Below, piece after piece: positions 9,247 to 19,962 of a DNA stretch of 64,000 nucleotides. Source of the DNA: an uncultured Clostridia bacterium (lineage in GTDB: Bacteria > Bacillota > Clostridia > TANB77 > CAG-508); assembly GCA_947631915.1 (NCBI GenBank), contig CANRNC010000004.1:4932-68931 (forward strand), in the 5' to 3' direction. Numbering within the stretch: position 1 is the stretch's first letter; every line of letters begins with the position of its first letter. The translations under genes and the position numbers were made by a program. Below the pieces are notes generated by a model. It searched no databases. It saw nothing but the letters and a program-made list of their open reading frames with translations, and was not told the DNA's origin.

Positions 9247-9363
9247 ATATTTCATTTATCATAAAATTATTTATAAAACACACTTTAAACAATTGTAATT
9301 TTAGAAAAAATATGATATATTAAATTATAATCAAAAGAAGATTATGTGATAGGAGGATAATTA

Positions 9364-10092
9364 ATGTTTAGTTTCGACAAAAGAAGTGTATATATAATTC
9401 TTGCCATCATAGTAGTTATAAACCTAGTAAATATGGGAACAGCAGGAATATTATCATTATTATTAACAATTCCAGGAGTAATAATTGCTATTTCTTTTCA
9501 TGAATTTGCACATGCTTGGATGGCTGTGAGGCTAGGAGATGATACTCCACTTAGACAAGGAAGATTAAGTATAGATCCGTTAAAACATATAGATCCAATA
9601 GGAATTATGATGCTAATGTTTTGTGGAATTGGATGGGGAAGACCTGTACAGATAGATTCTAGTAACTTTGCTCCAAAATATAGAAGAAATGGAGAAGCGT
9701 TAGTATCTTTAGCTGGTCCTGTTATGAACTTTATATTAGCATTTTTATTTACTTTAATATACGGTTTGATTTTAAAGTATGCAGGATTATCATTTATATC
9801 AAATACGCCAGGGAAAGTTATTTTAACTATGATTGAATATTCAATTATAATGAATATAGGATTAGGAGTATTTAATTTAATACCTTTACCACCATTGGAT
9901 GGATCAAAAATATTTATAAGATTTATGCCATATAATGTTAGAAACTGGATATATGATCATGAGATGTGGTTCTATATAGCATTTTTAGTATTATGGATTA
10001 CAAATTTATCAAGTATTATAATAACACCAGTTATGAATTGGATATATACAATAATAGTTAATGCTGTTGAATTATTGTTATCCTTATTTTAG
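9364..10092 (+). CDS. site-2 protease (M50) family membrane metalloprotease
   Basis: HEFAHAWMA (HExxH) lies in a TM helix, with a distal FNLIPLPPLDGS motif. The protein is polytopic. Confidence 0.8.
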   Translation: MFSFDKRSVYIILAIIVVINLVNMGTAGILSLLLTIPGVIIAISFHEFAHAWMAVRLGDDTPLRQGRLSIDPLKHIDPIGIMMLMFCGIGWGRPVQIDSSNFAPKYRRNGEALVSLAGPVMNFILAFLFTLIYGLILKYAGLSFISNTPGKVILTMIEYSIIMNIGLGVFNLIPLPPLDGSKIFIRFMPYNVRNWIYDHEMWFYIAFLVLWITNLSSIIITPVMNWIYTIIVNAVELLLSLF

Positions 10093-10148
10093 ATTATATT
10101 TAGGTACGGTAAACCGTACCTCTATAACTTTTAGAGGAGAATTTGAAA

Positions 10149-11147
10149 ATGAAAGATATAATGATACTAGGAATAGAATCGAGTTGCGATGAAACGTCAG
10201 TAGCCATAGTAAAAAATGGACGACAGGTACTTACAAATACAATTAATACTCAAATTGAAATTCATAAGCAATTCGGAGGAGTAGTACCTGAAATTGCCTC
10301 AAGAAAACATATAGAGAATATTTCAAATGTTACTAAAATAGCACTTAAAGATGCAAATATTAGTTTTAAAGATATAGATGCAGTAGCATGCACCTATGGT
10401 CCAGGATTAGTTGGGGCATTATTAGTCGGCGTAGGATATGCTAAAGCTTTAAGTTACGCATTAGATAAACCACTAGTCGGTGTAAATCATATAGAAGGAC
10501 ATATAGCAGGAAATTATATTACTTTTCCAGAGTTAGAGCCACCATTTTTATGTCTTGTAATTTCTGGAGGACACACACATTTAATTTATATAAGAGATTA
10601 CACTGAATTTGAGATATTAGGTAAGACACGCGATGATGCTATTGGAGAGGCTTATGATAAAGTCGCAAGAGTGATTGGACTGGAATATCCGGGTGGACCT
10701 AAAATAGATAAACTTGCAAAGGACGGTAAAGCAGAGATTACATTACCTGAAACTTATTTTGATAATTTGGATTTCAGCTTTAGTGGAATAAAAACAGCAG
10801 TATTGAATTTGAATCATAAACAACCTGATATAAATAAAGCAGATCTATGTGCGAGTTTTGAAAAAGCTACAACAGACATGTTAATCAACAATACACAAAA
10901 AGCTGTAAAAGCAATAAAAGTAAATAAAATAGCACTAGCCGGAGGAGTGTCAGCAAACTCATATATAAGACAGAGATTTAAAAAACTAGGTGAGGAAATG
11001 AATATAAGAGTATATTATCCGGAAATAAAGCTATGCACGGATAATGCTGCTATGATAGCATCAGCAGGTTATTATAATTTTATAAAAGGTAAGATATCTG
11101 GATTAGATTTGAATGCAGTGCCAAACCTAAAAATTGGAGAAAATTGA
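10149..11147 (+). CDS. tsaD: tRNA N6-adenosine threonylcarbamoyltransferase TsaD
   Basis: Motifs [15 protein letters not shown] and [11 protein letters not shown] at 10149 lies about 9 nt after GAGGAGA; the ORF-track TTG at 10143 is less likely. Confidence 0.95.
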   Translation: MKDIMILGIESSCDETSVAIVKNGRQVLTNTINTQIEIHKQFGGVVPEIASRKHIENISNVTKIALKDANISFKDIDAVACTYGPGLVGALLVGVGYAKALSYALDKPLVGVNHIEGHIAGNYITFPELEPPFLCLVISGGHTHLIYIRDYTEFEILGKTRDDAIGEAYDKVARVIGLEYPGGPKIDKLAKDGKAEITLPETYFDNLDFSFSGIKTAVLNLNHKQPDINKADLCASFEKATTDMLINNTQKAVKAIKVNKIALAGGVSANSYIRQRFKKLGEEMNIRVYYPEIKLCTDNAAMIASAGYYNFIKGKISGLDLNAVPNLKIGEN

Positions 11148-11166
11148 TAAATAGAAAGGAAAAGAT

Positions 11167-11868
11167 ATGTCTATATATGCAATTTCAGATTTACATTTAT
11201 CGTTCAGTACTAACAAGCCTATGAATATTTTTGGAGATAATTGGGATAATCATGAAAATAAAATAAATGCTAATTGGTTAGAAACAATAAGAGAAGGAGA
11301 TACAGTATTATTACCTGGAGACTTTTCGTGGGGGATGACTTTTGATGAAGCAAAACCTGACTTTGAATATTTGAATAAATTACCGGGAAGAAAAATAATG
11401 TTGAAGGGAAATCATGATTATTGGTGGGGAACTGCAAATAAAATTAAGAATTTTTTTAGGATAAATAATATAGAAAACATAGATATTTTATATAACAACT
11501 CATATTTAATAGAAGACAAAATAATTTCAGGTACAAGAGGATGGACAATTACTGGCAATGATGAAGAAAGTGAAAAGATATATAAAAGAGAATTATTAAG
11601 ACTAGAATTGTCTTTAAAAAGTGGCATTGATAATTTTGGAAAAAGCAAAGAAATAATAGTATGTATGCATTATCCTCCAACTAATAAAGATATCATGGAA
11701 AATTCAGAGTTTATAAAAATAATGAGAAAATATAATGTAAAGAAATGTATATATGGTCATTTACATAGCGAAGCACATAAAGAGGCAATAGAAGGAGATA
11801 TATGTGGAATTGATTTAAAACTGGTTAGTTGTGACTATACAAATTTTAATTTGACTAAAATATATTGA
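11167..11868 (+). CDS. calcineurin-like metallophosphoesterase
   Basis: Motifs SDLHLS, GDFSWG, GNHDYWW, HYPP and GHLH. Confidence 0.8.
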   Translation: MSIYAISDLHLSFSTNKPMNIFGDNWDNHENKINANWLETIREGDTVLLPGDFSWGMTFDEAKPDFEYLNKLPGRKIMLKGNHDYWWGTANKIKNFFRINNIENIDILYNNSYLIEDKIISGTRGWTITGNDEESEKIYKRELLRLELSLKSGIDNFGKSKEIIVCMHYPPTNKDIMENSEFIKIMRKYNVKKCIYGHLHSEAHKEAIEGDICGIDLKLVSCDYTNFNLTKIY

Positions 11869-11990
11869 ATAATGTCTAAAAACTATTGAATATTTTGTTT
11901 TATAATTATATAATAAAAAAGAAATTTTAGAAAAAAGAAGATTTTAATGTTATTTTCTCTGTTAAAAATAGGAAGGATTTGAGATTAGAA

Positions 11991-13721
11991 ATGAAGAAAA
12001 AATCACATAAAATAGTTGAAATAACAGACTTAAAGGATATGTTAAATAAATCAGGAAAAATGTATGGAAATAGACCAGCATATAAATTAAAAACGGAAAC
12101 TCCTAATGAATATAAAATAATTACTCATAAAGAGGCGAGAGATAATATAAATTATTTAGGAACAGCATTTATAAAAATGGGACTTAAAGGAAAGAGAATA
12201 GCAGTAATAAGTGAAAATAGATACGAATGGGGGTTATCTTATTTAGCAATTGCATGTGGTACAGGAATAGTAGTTCCACTTGATAAATCATTACCAGATA
12301 ATGAAATTGAGAGCTTAATAGCTCGTTCAAACGTAGAAGCAATAGTATTTTCAGCAAAATATACAGATATATTAAAAAAGATTAAGGAAAAAGGAATAGG
12401 AAAATTAAAACATTTAATTTCAATGGATTTAGATGAACATACAGATGGTATTTATTCAGAAAAGATATTAATGGCAAAGGGTAAGAAATTAGTAGAAGAG
12501 GGAATGAGAGACTTTATAGATGCTAAAATAGATGCTGAATGCATGAGCATAATGCTATTTACTTCTGGAACAACAGCTATGTCAAAAGCTGTTATGTTAT
12601 CACATAAAAATATATGTTCAAATTTAATGGACATTGCATCAGTATTAGAGATTAATGAAAAAGATACAATGCTATCATTTTTACCATTGCATCATGTATT
12701 TGAATGTACAACAGGTTTCTTATATCCATTGTATAAAGGAACTTGTGTAGCTTATTGCGATGGAATAAAGCACATTCAAGAAAATTTACAAGAATATCAT
12801 ATAAGTGTAATGGTTTCGGTTCCAATATTGTATGAAAGCATGTATAGAAGATTGATAAAAGCAATAGAAAAACAAGGAAAACTAGAAGATGTCCAAAAAG
12901 GTATAAAGATAAGTGAGGGATTATTAAAGCTACATATAGATCTCAGAAAGAAGATTTTTAAAGAGATACATGATAAATTAGGGGGATGTGTAAGATTATT
13001 CATAAGCGGTGCTGCTGCAATGGATCCAGAAATTGAAAAAGGCTATAATCAGTTAGGAATAAGAATTGCACAAGGATATGGGTTAACAGAAACATCTCCA
13101 GTTATTGCAGCAGGTTCAGATTTCGATTACAAATTAGGTTCTATTGGAAAAGCATTTCCAAGTGTAGATGTAAAAATATCAAAACCTGATGAGAATGGAA
13201 TTGGAGAATTAGTAGTTAAAGGACCAAATGTAATGCTTGGGTATTATGAAAATGAAGAAGAAACAAAAAAGGCATTAAGAGATGGATGGTTTTATACAGG
13301 AGATTTGGCAAGTATTGATAAGGATGGATTTATATTTATTTCAGGAAGAAAAAAGAATGTAATAGTTTTAAAAAACGGAAAAAATGTTTTCCCTGAAGAA
13401 CTTGAAAGTCTAATTAATAAAATAGAAGGGGTAAAGGAATCTTTTGTTTATGGAAAGCCTGAAAATGGGGATGAAAAGAATCCAAAGGTATGTGCAAAAG
13501 TGGTTTATGATTTAGAAGTAATGGAAGAAATGTATAAACTTACAGACGAAGATGAAATAAAAGAGTTTTTAACTACAAAAATAAAAGATATAAATAAAAC
13601 TATACCAACATATAAATACATACGAGAAGTTGATATAACAACGGAGGAATTAATCAAGACTACAACTGCAAAGGTTAAAAGACATGAAGAATTGAAAAGG
13701 GTTTTAGAAAAAAAGAAATAA
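11991..13721 (+). CDS. AMP-dependent long-chain acyl-CoA synthetase/ligase
   Basis: AMP-binding motifs FTSGTTAMSKAV, GYGLTETS, YTGDLA and GRKKNVIVLKNGKNV. The start is ambiguous (TTG 11979 or ATG 11991). Confidence 0.85.
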   Translation: MKKKSHKIVEITDLKDMLNKSGKMYGNRPAYKLKTETPNEYKIITHKEARDNINYLGTAFIKMGLKGKRIAVISENRYEWGLSYLAIACGTGIVVPLDKSLPDNEIESLIARSNVEAIVFSAKYTDILKKIKEKGIGKLKHLISMDLDEHTDGIYSEKILMAKGKKLVEEGMRDFIDAKIDAECMSIMLFTSGTTAMSKAVMLSHKNICSNLMDIASVLEINEKDTMLSFLPLHHVFECTTGFLYPLYKGTCVAYCDGIKHIQENLQEYHISVMVSVPILYESMYRRLIKAIEKQGKLEDVQKGIKISEGLLKLHIDLRKKIFKEIHDKLGGCVRLFISGAAAMDPEIEKGYNQLGIRIAQGYGLTETSPVIAAGSDFDYKLGSIGKAFPSVDVKISKPDENGIGELVVKGPNVMLGYYENEEETKKALRDGWFYTGDLASIDKDGFIFISGRKKNVIVLKNGKNVFPEELESLINKIEGVKESFVYGKPENGDEKNPKVCAKVVYDLEVMEEMYKLTDEDEIKEFLTTKIKDINKTIPTYKYIREVDITTEELIKTTTAKVKRHEELKRVLEKKK

Positions 13722-13750
13722 AAAACGACAAATAAATAAAAAATAACACA

Positions 13751-13781
13751 AATATTACAAGAATATTACAGCAATATTACA
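13751..13781 (+). promoter_or_regulatory. three direct repeats AATATTACA phased at 11 bp, upstream of the 13873 gene promoter
   Basis: Copies lie at 13751-13759, 13762-13770 and 13773-13781. The last copy ends 21 nt before the -35. Confidence 0.4.
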
Positions 13782-13801
13782 AAAAAGTAATAAATTTGCT
13801 A

Positions 13802-13830
13802 TTGTAGTATTGAAAAAAATGTTGTATAAT
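13802..13830 (+). promoter_or_regulatory. sigma-A type promoter (TTGTAG-17-TATAAT)
   Basis: TTGTAG at 13802-13807 and TATAAT at 13825-13830, preceded by TG. Confidence 0.5.
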
Positions 13831-13872
13831 CAAAATAGATTACGGAAGAAAGACAAAGGAGGTATGTTTACA

Positions 13873-14727
13873 ATGTTTTGGAATAATCAAAAATCTGGCA
13901 TAGTAAACGTAAAAATGGTGATAACAGAGGAAAAAATATTATCTAATATAGGTAAAATTCAAAAATTAATAGACCCAAATAGCAAAAAGACAATTGTTCA
14001 ATTGGATGATGATACATACTTTAAAGATTTAATAGAGTCAATTAAAATGTATTTAGTTGAATATCCAAATAAAAAGACTTTTCCAGAGTCAGTATATAAT
14101 GCTGCTTATGGATTAGTAGAATATGCGACAAATCAATTCGAAGTTAATACAAAACAAATAGAAGAATTAATACGCCAAAGAGAAAGCAATATTTCAGCAT
14201 CAACAAATTTAAAAGAAATATTAACTAGTGTAGAAGAAAAGAAAGAAAATTGGCAATCCTTTGTAAAAAAATCAGAGGAACAATTTGGTGATGATATTGT
14301 ATCTGCGTTGAAGGTTATAGGAAAAGCAAAAGATAAAGAAACTGATGAATATAACGCAGCAATTAGATTAGTAAAAGCTAGAATAAATAATTTGGAAACA
14401 AATCTTCATATTGAAATAGATATGGAAAGAATTGAAGATAGATCAAAGGCTTTAAGTTATATTGGATTAGAAGTTGCAGAAGCATTAAAAGAGATACCAG
14501 CTCCAGAGGTTAAGACATTAGAAGGAGGAGTATTAAATCAAAATGCTCAAACTATAGGAGGACAAACAGAAGAGGAAAGAAATTACATTGCAGAAACTCA
14601 AGTTCAGGCTAAAAAGTCTTTATGGCAGAAGTTTAAAGAAACTAAAGTTGGAAAAGTAATGTCATCAATATTCAGAATAAGAATAGTTGTAGTTGATAAT
14701 GCATTGCCAGAAGGAAGAGGAGAATAA
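13873..14727 (+). CDS. hypothetical helical protein, no family recognised
   Basis: Start set at MFWNNQ (GGAGG 10 nt upstream). The ORF-track start at 13810 lies inside the predicted promoter. The sequence is Lys/Glu-rich and predicted all-alpha, with no TM. Confidence 0.6.
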   Translation: MFWNNQKSGIVNVKMVITEEKILSNIGKIQKLIDPNSKKTIVQLDDDTYFKDLIESIKMYLVEYPNKKTFPESVYNAAYGLVEYATNQFEVNTKQIEELIRQRESNISASTNLKEILTSVEEKKENWQSFVKKSEEQFGDDIVSALKVIGKAKDKETDEYNAAIRLVKARINNLETNLHIEIDMERIEDRSKALSYIGLEVAEALKEIPAPEVKTLEGGVLNQNAQTIGGQTEEERNYIAETQVQAKKSLWQKFKETKVGKVMSSIFRIRIVVVDNALPEGRGE

Positions 14728-14736
14728 AAACATTTG

Positions 14737-14760
14737 TGGGCACTAATAATCTAGTGCCCA
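14737..14760 (+). terminator. terminator-like hairpin after the 13873 gene (no clear U-tract)
   Basis: TGGGCACTA-ATAATC-TAGTGCCCA, a 9-bp perfect stem. Confidence 0.45.
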
Positions 14761-14805
14761 GCTAATAGAGTTATAATAATAAAATAAAAATATTTTAAAA
14801 AAGTA

Positions 14806-14834
14806 TTGACAAAATATTAATTAAACATTATAAT
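14806..14834 (+). promoter_or_regulatory. consensus sigma-A promoter for the tRNA pair (TTGACA-17-TATAAT)
   Basis: TTGACA at 14806-14811 and TATAAT at 14829-14834. Confidence 0.75.
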
Positions 14835-14860
14835 TAATAACTGTCAGAAGAAAAGTACAT

Positions 14861-14934
<74 letters not shown>

Positions 14935-14964
14935 AATGTTCTTCTGACATAATTTTATAAATAT

Positions 14965-15041
14965 GCTCCTTTAGCTCAGTTGGTTAGAGCAACCGGCTCA
15001 TAACCGGTAGGTCCAAGGTTCGAGCCCTTGAAGGAGCACCA
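14965..15041 (+). tRNA. tRNA with CAU anticodon (elongator Met or lysidine-modified Ile2; the GCTCAGTTGGTTAGAGC D-arm and CTCATAA loop favour Ile2), CCA encoded
   Basis: Perfect cloverleaf: acceptor GCTCCTT/AAGGAGC, anticodon stem ACCGG/CCGGT, T-arm CAAGG-TTCGAGC-CCTTG. Confidence 0.9.
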
Positions 15042-15045
15042 GTAT

Positions 15046-15077
15046 AAACTTATATCATTTGATATAAGTTTTTTTAT
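15046..15077 (+). terminator. rho-independent terminator after the tRNA pair
   Basis: AAACTTATATCA / TGATATAAGTTT followed by a T-run. Confidence 0.75.
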
Positions 15078-15133
15078 ATATAAAGATATAAAAGAGAATA
15101 ATACTATTTTATACATTTTGGTAATATCTAACC

Positions 15134-15162
15134 TTGACAAAACTATAATATTAGAATATAAT
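15134..15162 (+). promoter_or_regulatory. consensus sigma-A promoter for the ABC transporter gene (TTGACA-17-TATAAT)
   Basis: TTGACA at 15134-15139 and TATAAT at 15157-15162. Confidence 0.7.
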
Positions 15163-15214
15163 TTAGCGTGCAATTAAGGGGAAATAATAAGATAGAAAGA
15201 AGGATAAGTTACAG

Positions 15215-17785
15215 ATGTTAGAATTGAAAAAAATTACTAAATTGTATCCATCTGGAGTAGAGGCATTAAAAGGTATAGATATAAGATTTAGAGAGTCAGA
15301 ATTTGTATCTATTTTGGGTCAAAGTGGTTGTGGAAAAACAACTCTTTTAAATATTATTGGCGGATTAGATAGATATACTAATGGAGATTTAATAATAAAT
15401 GGTAAATCTACAAAAGAATTTAAAGATAAGGATTGGGATGCTTATAGAAACTATTCAATAGGTTTTGTATTTCAAAGCTATAATTTAATACCACACCAAA
15501 GTGTATTATCAAATGTAGAGCTTGCACTTACACTATCAGGTGTATCTAAAGGTGAAAGAAGAAAAAGAGCATTAAAAGCATTAGAAGATGTTGGCTTGAA
15601 AGAGCAGGTTAATAAAAGACCTAATGAACTATCAGGGGGGCAAATGCAAAGAGTTGCTATTGCTAGAGCTTTAGTTAATAATCCTGATATAATTTTAGCT
15701 GATGAACCAACAGGAGCACTAGATACAAAGACTAGTGTTCAAATTATGGAGATATTAAAGAAGATATCTAAAAACAAATTAATAATAATGGTAACACACA
15801 ATCCAGATTTAGCTGAAAAATATTCTACAAGAATAATAAAAGTGTTGGATGGATTAGTAACAGATGACTCAAATCCATATGATGGCAAGAATGAAGAAAA
15901 ATTAAAGGCAAAAAGTGGAAAGACTTCTATGAGTTTTCTTACGGCATTATCATTAAGTTTAAATAATTTAATGACGAAAAAAGGAAGAACACTTTTAACT
16001 TCTTTTGCAGGAAGTATAGGTATTATAGGAATTGCATTAATATTATCACTTTCAAATGGAGTTCAAAATTATATAAATAAAGTGCAAGAAGATACATTAT
16101 CTTCATATCCAATAACAGTACAGGAATCTACTATAGATATTGGAAGTATGATGGAAACCATGATGGAAATTAATGAAGAAGAGGAAAAAGCTGAATATAA
16201 TGAAAAAACAGTATATTCAAAAAATATAATGACTGATATGATGAGTACTGTATCTTCAAAAGTACAAAATAATAATTTGCAGGCTTTAAAAAATTATTTG
16301 GATAATGAAGACACAAAAATCAAAGAAAATTCAAGTGCAATACAGTATAAATATAATTTACAACTTAATGTATATAAAGAAAATACGGATGAAGGAATTG
16401 TACAAGTAAATCCTAGTACAGTTATGGAAAAATTAGGTATGACTAGTAATAGTCAAATGTCAATGATGTCTAACTATACAAGTACAGATGTATGGAGTGA
16501 GATGCTAGATAATCAAGAACTATTAAATCAACAATATGATTTACTATCTGGAAAATGGCCATCAGCATATAATGAAGTAGCATTAATTGTCGGAGAAAAT
16601 AATAAAGTAAGTGATTATACATTGTATTCATTAGGTTTATTAGATCAAAATGAACTAGAAGATAAAATGAATAAGATAATGAATGGAGAGGCTGTTGAAG
16701 AAAATGAAATATCAGAATATAGTTTTGACGAAATTTTAAACATGAAGTTTAAACTTCTACTTAATACAGACTATTATAAAAAAGAAAATGGTATTTGGAT
16801 TGATAAATCAGAAGATGAAAATTATATGAAAGAAAAAATTAAAAACGCTGAAGATTTAAATATAGTAGGAATAATAAGAAGAAATGAAGAAAGTGTGACT
16901 AATGAAGATATTTCAGGAATCATTGCATATAGAAGTGATTTAATTACACATTTAGCAAATGAGCTAAATGAGACAGAAATAGTAAAAGAGCAAAAAGAAA
17001 ATCAAGAAATAAATGTGTTTACAGGAATGAATTTTCAAGAAAGCACATCAACGACTACGTTTGATTATTCAAGTTTAAGTGCTGAACAACAAAAATATTT
17101 GGCAGGGTTATCTAGAGAAGAATTAGCTACATTAATGCAAAGTTATGCTGCTAATGCAGGAGTGACATATGAAGATAATTTAGTGACATTAGGTTCAATA
17201 GATTTAAATGTACCTATGACAATTAATATATATCCTAAAGATTTTGATTCGAAAGATGTAATAGAAGATACTATAGAAGAATATAATCAACGACAGAGAG
17301 ATGAAAACAAAGATGAAAATGTTATAAATTATACAGATATTGTCGGAATTATGATGAGTTCGGTATCAACAATTATAAATGTAATAAGTTATGTATTAAT
17401 AGCGTTTGTATCAATATCACTAATTGTTTCTTCAATTATGATTGGAATAATAACATATATTTCAGTTCTTGAGAGAACAAAAGAGATAGGAATCTTAAGA
17501 GCCATTGGTGCATCAAAGAAAGATATATCAAGAGTATTCAATGCAGAGACATTTATTGTAGGATTAGTTGCAGGTTTATTAGGAATAGGAATAACAGTAT
17601 TACTATGTATACCAATAAATATAGTAATAAAAGCAGTAGCTGGAATATCAGGAGTTGCATCATTACCTATAGCTGGAGGAATTATTTTAGTAATAATTAG
17701 TATGTTCCTAACAGTAATAGCGGGATTAATACCAGCTAAATTTGCGGCAAAGAAAGACCCAGTAGAAGCATTGAGAACTGAATGA
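15215..17785 (+). CDS. fused ABC transporter ATP-binding/permease protein (MacB/FtsX-type, large extracytoplasmic domain)
   Basis: Walker A GQSGCGKTT, signature LSGGQMQR, Walker B ILADEPTGALD. The C-terminal FtsX-like 4-TM module reads ERTKEIGILRAIGA. Confidence 0.9.
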   Translation: MLELKKITKLYPSGVEALKGIDIRFRESEFVSILGQSGCGKTTLLNIIGGLDRYTNGDLIINGKSTKEFKDKDWDAYRNYSIGFVFQSYNLIPHQSVLSNVELALTLSGVSKGERRKRALKALEDVGLKEQVNKRPNELSGGQMQRVAIARALVNNPDIILADEPTGALDTKTSVQIMEILKKISKNKLIIMVTHNPDLAEKYSTRIIKVLDGLVTDDSNPYDGKNEEKLKAKSGKTSMSFLTALSLSLNNLMTKKGRTLLTSFAGSIGIIGIALILSLSNGVQNYINKVQEDTLSSYPITVQESTIDIGSMMETMMEINEEEEKAEYNEKTVYSKNIMTDMMSTVSSKVQNNNLQALKNYLDNEDTKIKENSSAIQYKYNLQLNVYKENTDEGIVQVNPSTVMEKLGMTSNSQMSMMSNYTSTDVWSEMLDNQELLNQQYDLLSGKWPSAYNEVALIVGENNKVSDYTLYSLGLLDQNELEDKMNKIMNGEAVEENEISEYSFDEILNMKFKLLLNTDYYKKENGIWIDKSEDENYMKEKIKNAEDLNIVGIIRRNEESVTNEDISGIIAYRSDLITHLANELNETEIVKEQKENQEINVFTGMNFQESTSTTTFDYSSLSAEQQKYLAGLSREELATLMQSYAANAGVTYEDNLVTLGSIDLNVPMTINIYPKDFDSKDVIEDTIEEYNQRQRDENKDENVINYTDIVGIMMSSVSTIINVISYVLIAFVSISLIVSSIMIGIITYISVLERTKEIGILRAIGASKKDISRVFNAETFIVGLVAGLLGIGITVLLCIPINIVIKAVAGISGVASLPIAGGIILVIISMFLTVIAGLIPAKFAAKKDPVEALRTE

Positions 17786-17804
17786 TGGAATAATGTTAAG
17801 TGTA

Positions 17805-17830
17805 AGGGGCACATTGCAATGTGCTCCTTT
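17805..17830 (+). terminator. terminator hairpin after the ABC transporter gene (short U-tract)
   Basis: AGGGGCACATT / AATGTGCTCCT followed by TTT. Confidence 0.6.
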
Positions 17831-17874
17831 AAGAATTATATATTGTTTAAAAAATTTTAGAAAGGATATAATAT

Positions 17875-19794
17875 ATGCCAAAAAAAATACTAATTACTGA
17901 AAAACCTTCTGTAGCAATGGAATTTGCAAAAGTATTAAATATCAATGGGACACGAAAAGACGGATATTTAGAGACTGGAGAATGGATTATCACTTGGTGT
18001 GTAGGACATTTAGTGACAATGTCTTATCCTGAAAAATATGATGAAAAATTAAAAATTTGGAGACTAGATACGTTACCATTTATACCAAAAGAGTTTAAAT
18101 ATGAAGTAATAGAAAGTGTAGAAAAGCAATTTAATATAATAAAGAGTCTATTATCTAGAGATGATGTGGATTCTATATATGTTTGTACAGACTCTGGACG
18201 TGAAGGAGAATATATATATAGACTTGTTGAACAAGAATCAGGAGTTAAATTACCAATTAGAAGAAGAGTATGGATAGATTCGCAAACAGAGGAAGAAATA
18301 AAAAGAGGAATAAAAGAAGCAAAAGATTTATCTGAATATGATAGCTTATCTGATGCAGCATATTTACGAGCCAAAGAAGATTATTTAATAGGAATAAACT
18401 TTTCAAGACTTCTTTCTATAATATATGGAAGAAGAATTGCAAAGGAATTAAATGAGGATAAAGTATCTATATCAGTAGGACGTGTAATGACTTGTGTGCT
18501 TGGAATGGTAGTATCGCGAGAGAGGGAAATAAGAAACTTTGTAAAAGTACCATATTTTAAAATAATTGGAAATTTTGGAGATGATGAAAAATCTTCATTT
18601 AATGCAGAGTGGAAAGTTACAGAGAATTCAACTGTATATAATTCTCCCAAATTATATAATGAAAATGGATTTAAGGGAGAAAATGATGCCAAGGATTTTA
18701 TAATTTCGTTAAAGGACAAAGATGCAGTTATAACAGAAGTTAAAAAATCTAAAAGTAAGGAGAATGCACCGTTACTATTTAACCTTGCAGAAATACAAAA
18801 TGAGTGTACTAAAAGATTCAAAATAAAGCCTGATGAAACGCTTGAAATTATACAAAACTTATATGAAAAAAAGTTAGTTACATATCCAAGAACAGATGCT
18901 AGAGTTTTATCTACGTCTGTTGCAAAAGTTATAAAAAACAATCTAAATGGAATAGCAAAAGGATATAAAGATGAGGAAGTTCAAAGTTATATAAAGAAAA
19001 TGGCCGAAGAAAAGTATTCCACTGATATAACAAAGACAAAATATGTAAATGATAGTAAAATAACAGATCATTATGCCTTGACTCCAACAGGACAAGGATA
19101 TGAAAATTATGATAGTTTACCTGAACTTCAAAAGAAGGTATATAAATTAATAGTCAAAAGATTTTTAGCTATTTTTTATCCACCAGCAGAATTTAATAAA
19201 ATATTGGTGAATATAAATATAGATAATGAACAGTTTACAACTTCAGGAAAGGTTTGCACAAAGGCAGGATATTTAGAGGTATTAAAGAGCAAAGAAGTAA
19301 ATAATGACGGAGATGAAAACAGAAATAATCTTGATATCTTAAATACATTGAAAAAAGGTCAAAAAATTAATACGTTAAATTACGAAATAAAAGAAGCACA
19401 AACTAATCCACCAACAAGATATAATTCGGGTTCTATAATTTTAGCAATGGAAAATGCAGGTAAATTAATCGAAGATGAGGAATTACGTGAACAGATAAAA
19501 GGGGCAGGTATAGGTACTAGTGCAACAAGAGCAGAGATTATAAAAAAGTTAGAAAAAATAAGATACATCTCGATAAATAGTAAAACACAGATAATTACAC
19601 CAACAACAAAAGGAGAAGCTATCTATGATATTGTTGAAAAATCTATGCCGGATATATTAAATCCAAAGTTGACTGCAAGTTGGGAAAAAGGACTAGATAT
19701 GGTAGCTAGAAAAGAAATAAATGCCCAAGAGTTTATGGATAAATTGGAAAGCTATATAAAATCTAAATTCAACAAATTAGTTGTAAAAATGTGA
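17875..19794 (+). CDS. topB: type IA DNA topoisomerase (topoisomerase III)
   Basis: Toprim region (ITEKPS, TDSGREGE) and catalytic Tyr context LVTYPRTDARV. 639 aa, without the C-terminal zinc ribbons of TopA. Confidence 0.9.
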   Translation: MPKKILITEKPSVAMEFAKVLNINGTRKDGYLETGEWIITWCVGHLVTMSYPEKYDEKLKIWRLDTLPFIPKEFKYEVIESVEKQFNIIKSLLSRDDVDSIYVCTDSGREGEYIYRLVEQESGVKLPIRRRVWIDSQTEEEIKRGIKEAKDLSEYDSLSDAAYLRAKEDYLIGINFSRLLSIIYGRRIAKELNEDKVSISVGRVMTCVLGMVVSREREIRNFVKVPYFKIIGNFGDDEKSSFNAEWKVTENSTVYNSPKLYNENGFKGENDAKDFIISLKDKDAVITEVKKSKSKENAPLLFNLAEIQNECTKRFKIKPDETLEIIQNLYEKKLVTYPRTDARVLSTSVAKVIKNNLNGIAKGYKDEEVQSYIKKMAEEKYSTDITKTKYVNDSKITDHYALTPTGQGYENYDSLPELQKKVYKLIVKRFLAIFYPPAEFNKILVNINIDNEQFTTSGKVCTKAGYLEVLKSKEVNNDGDENRNNLDILNTLKKGQKINTLNYEIKEAQTNPPTRYNSGSIILAMENAGKLIEDEELREQIKGAGIGTSATRAEIIKKLEKIRYISINSKTQIITPTTKGEAIYDIVEKSMPDILNPKLTASWEKGLDMVARKEINAQEFMDKLESYIKSKFNKLVVKM

Positions 19795-19877
19795 TTTTAT
19801 TTATTATATTTTATATCTGAATGTAAAATTTTTAATATTATTAGGGTTAAAACATAGCTATATAAAGTCATACATAG

Positions 19878-19906
19878 TTTACAAATAGTAAAAAAAGTGA
19901 TATAAT
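19878..19906 (+). promoter_or_regulatory. sigma-A promoter with extended -10 (TTTACA-17-TGaTATAAT)
   Basis: TTTACA at 19878-19883 and TATAAT at 19901-19906, with TG at 19898-19899. Confidence 0.6.
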
Positions 19907-19962
19907 TAAAAAATGAATTTATTTGGTATACAAAATATTAAATTAATAAAGGAGGAAAGAAG

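Noticed and set aside
13810-13872. N-terminal extension of the hypothetical gene (ORF-track start at 13810).
   Set aside because: The extension overlaps the predicted TTGTAG-17-TATAAT promoter. The GGAGG RBS is positioned for the ATG at 13873.
14976-15173. 65-aa minus-strand ORF.
   Set aside because: It overlaps the CAU tRNA, its terminator and the ABC-transporter promoter. There is no RBS.
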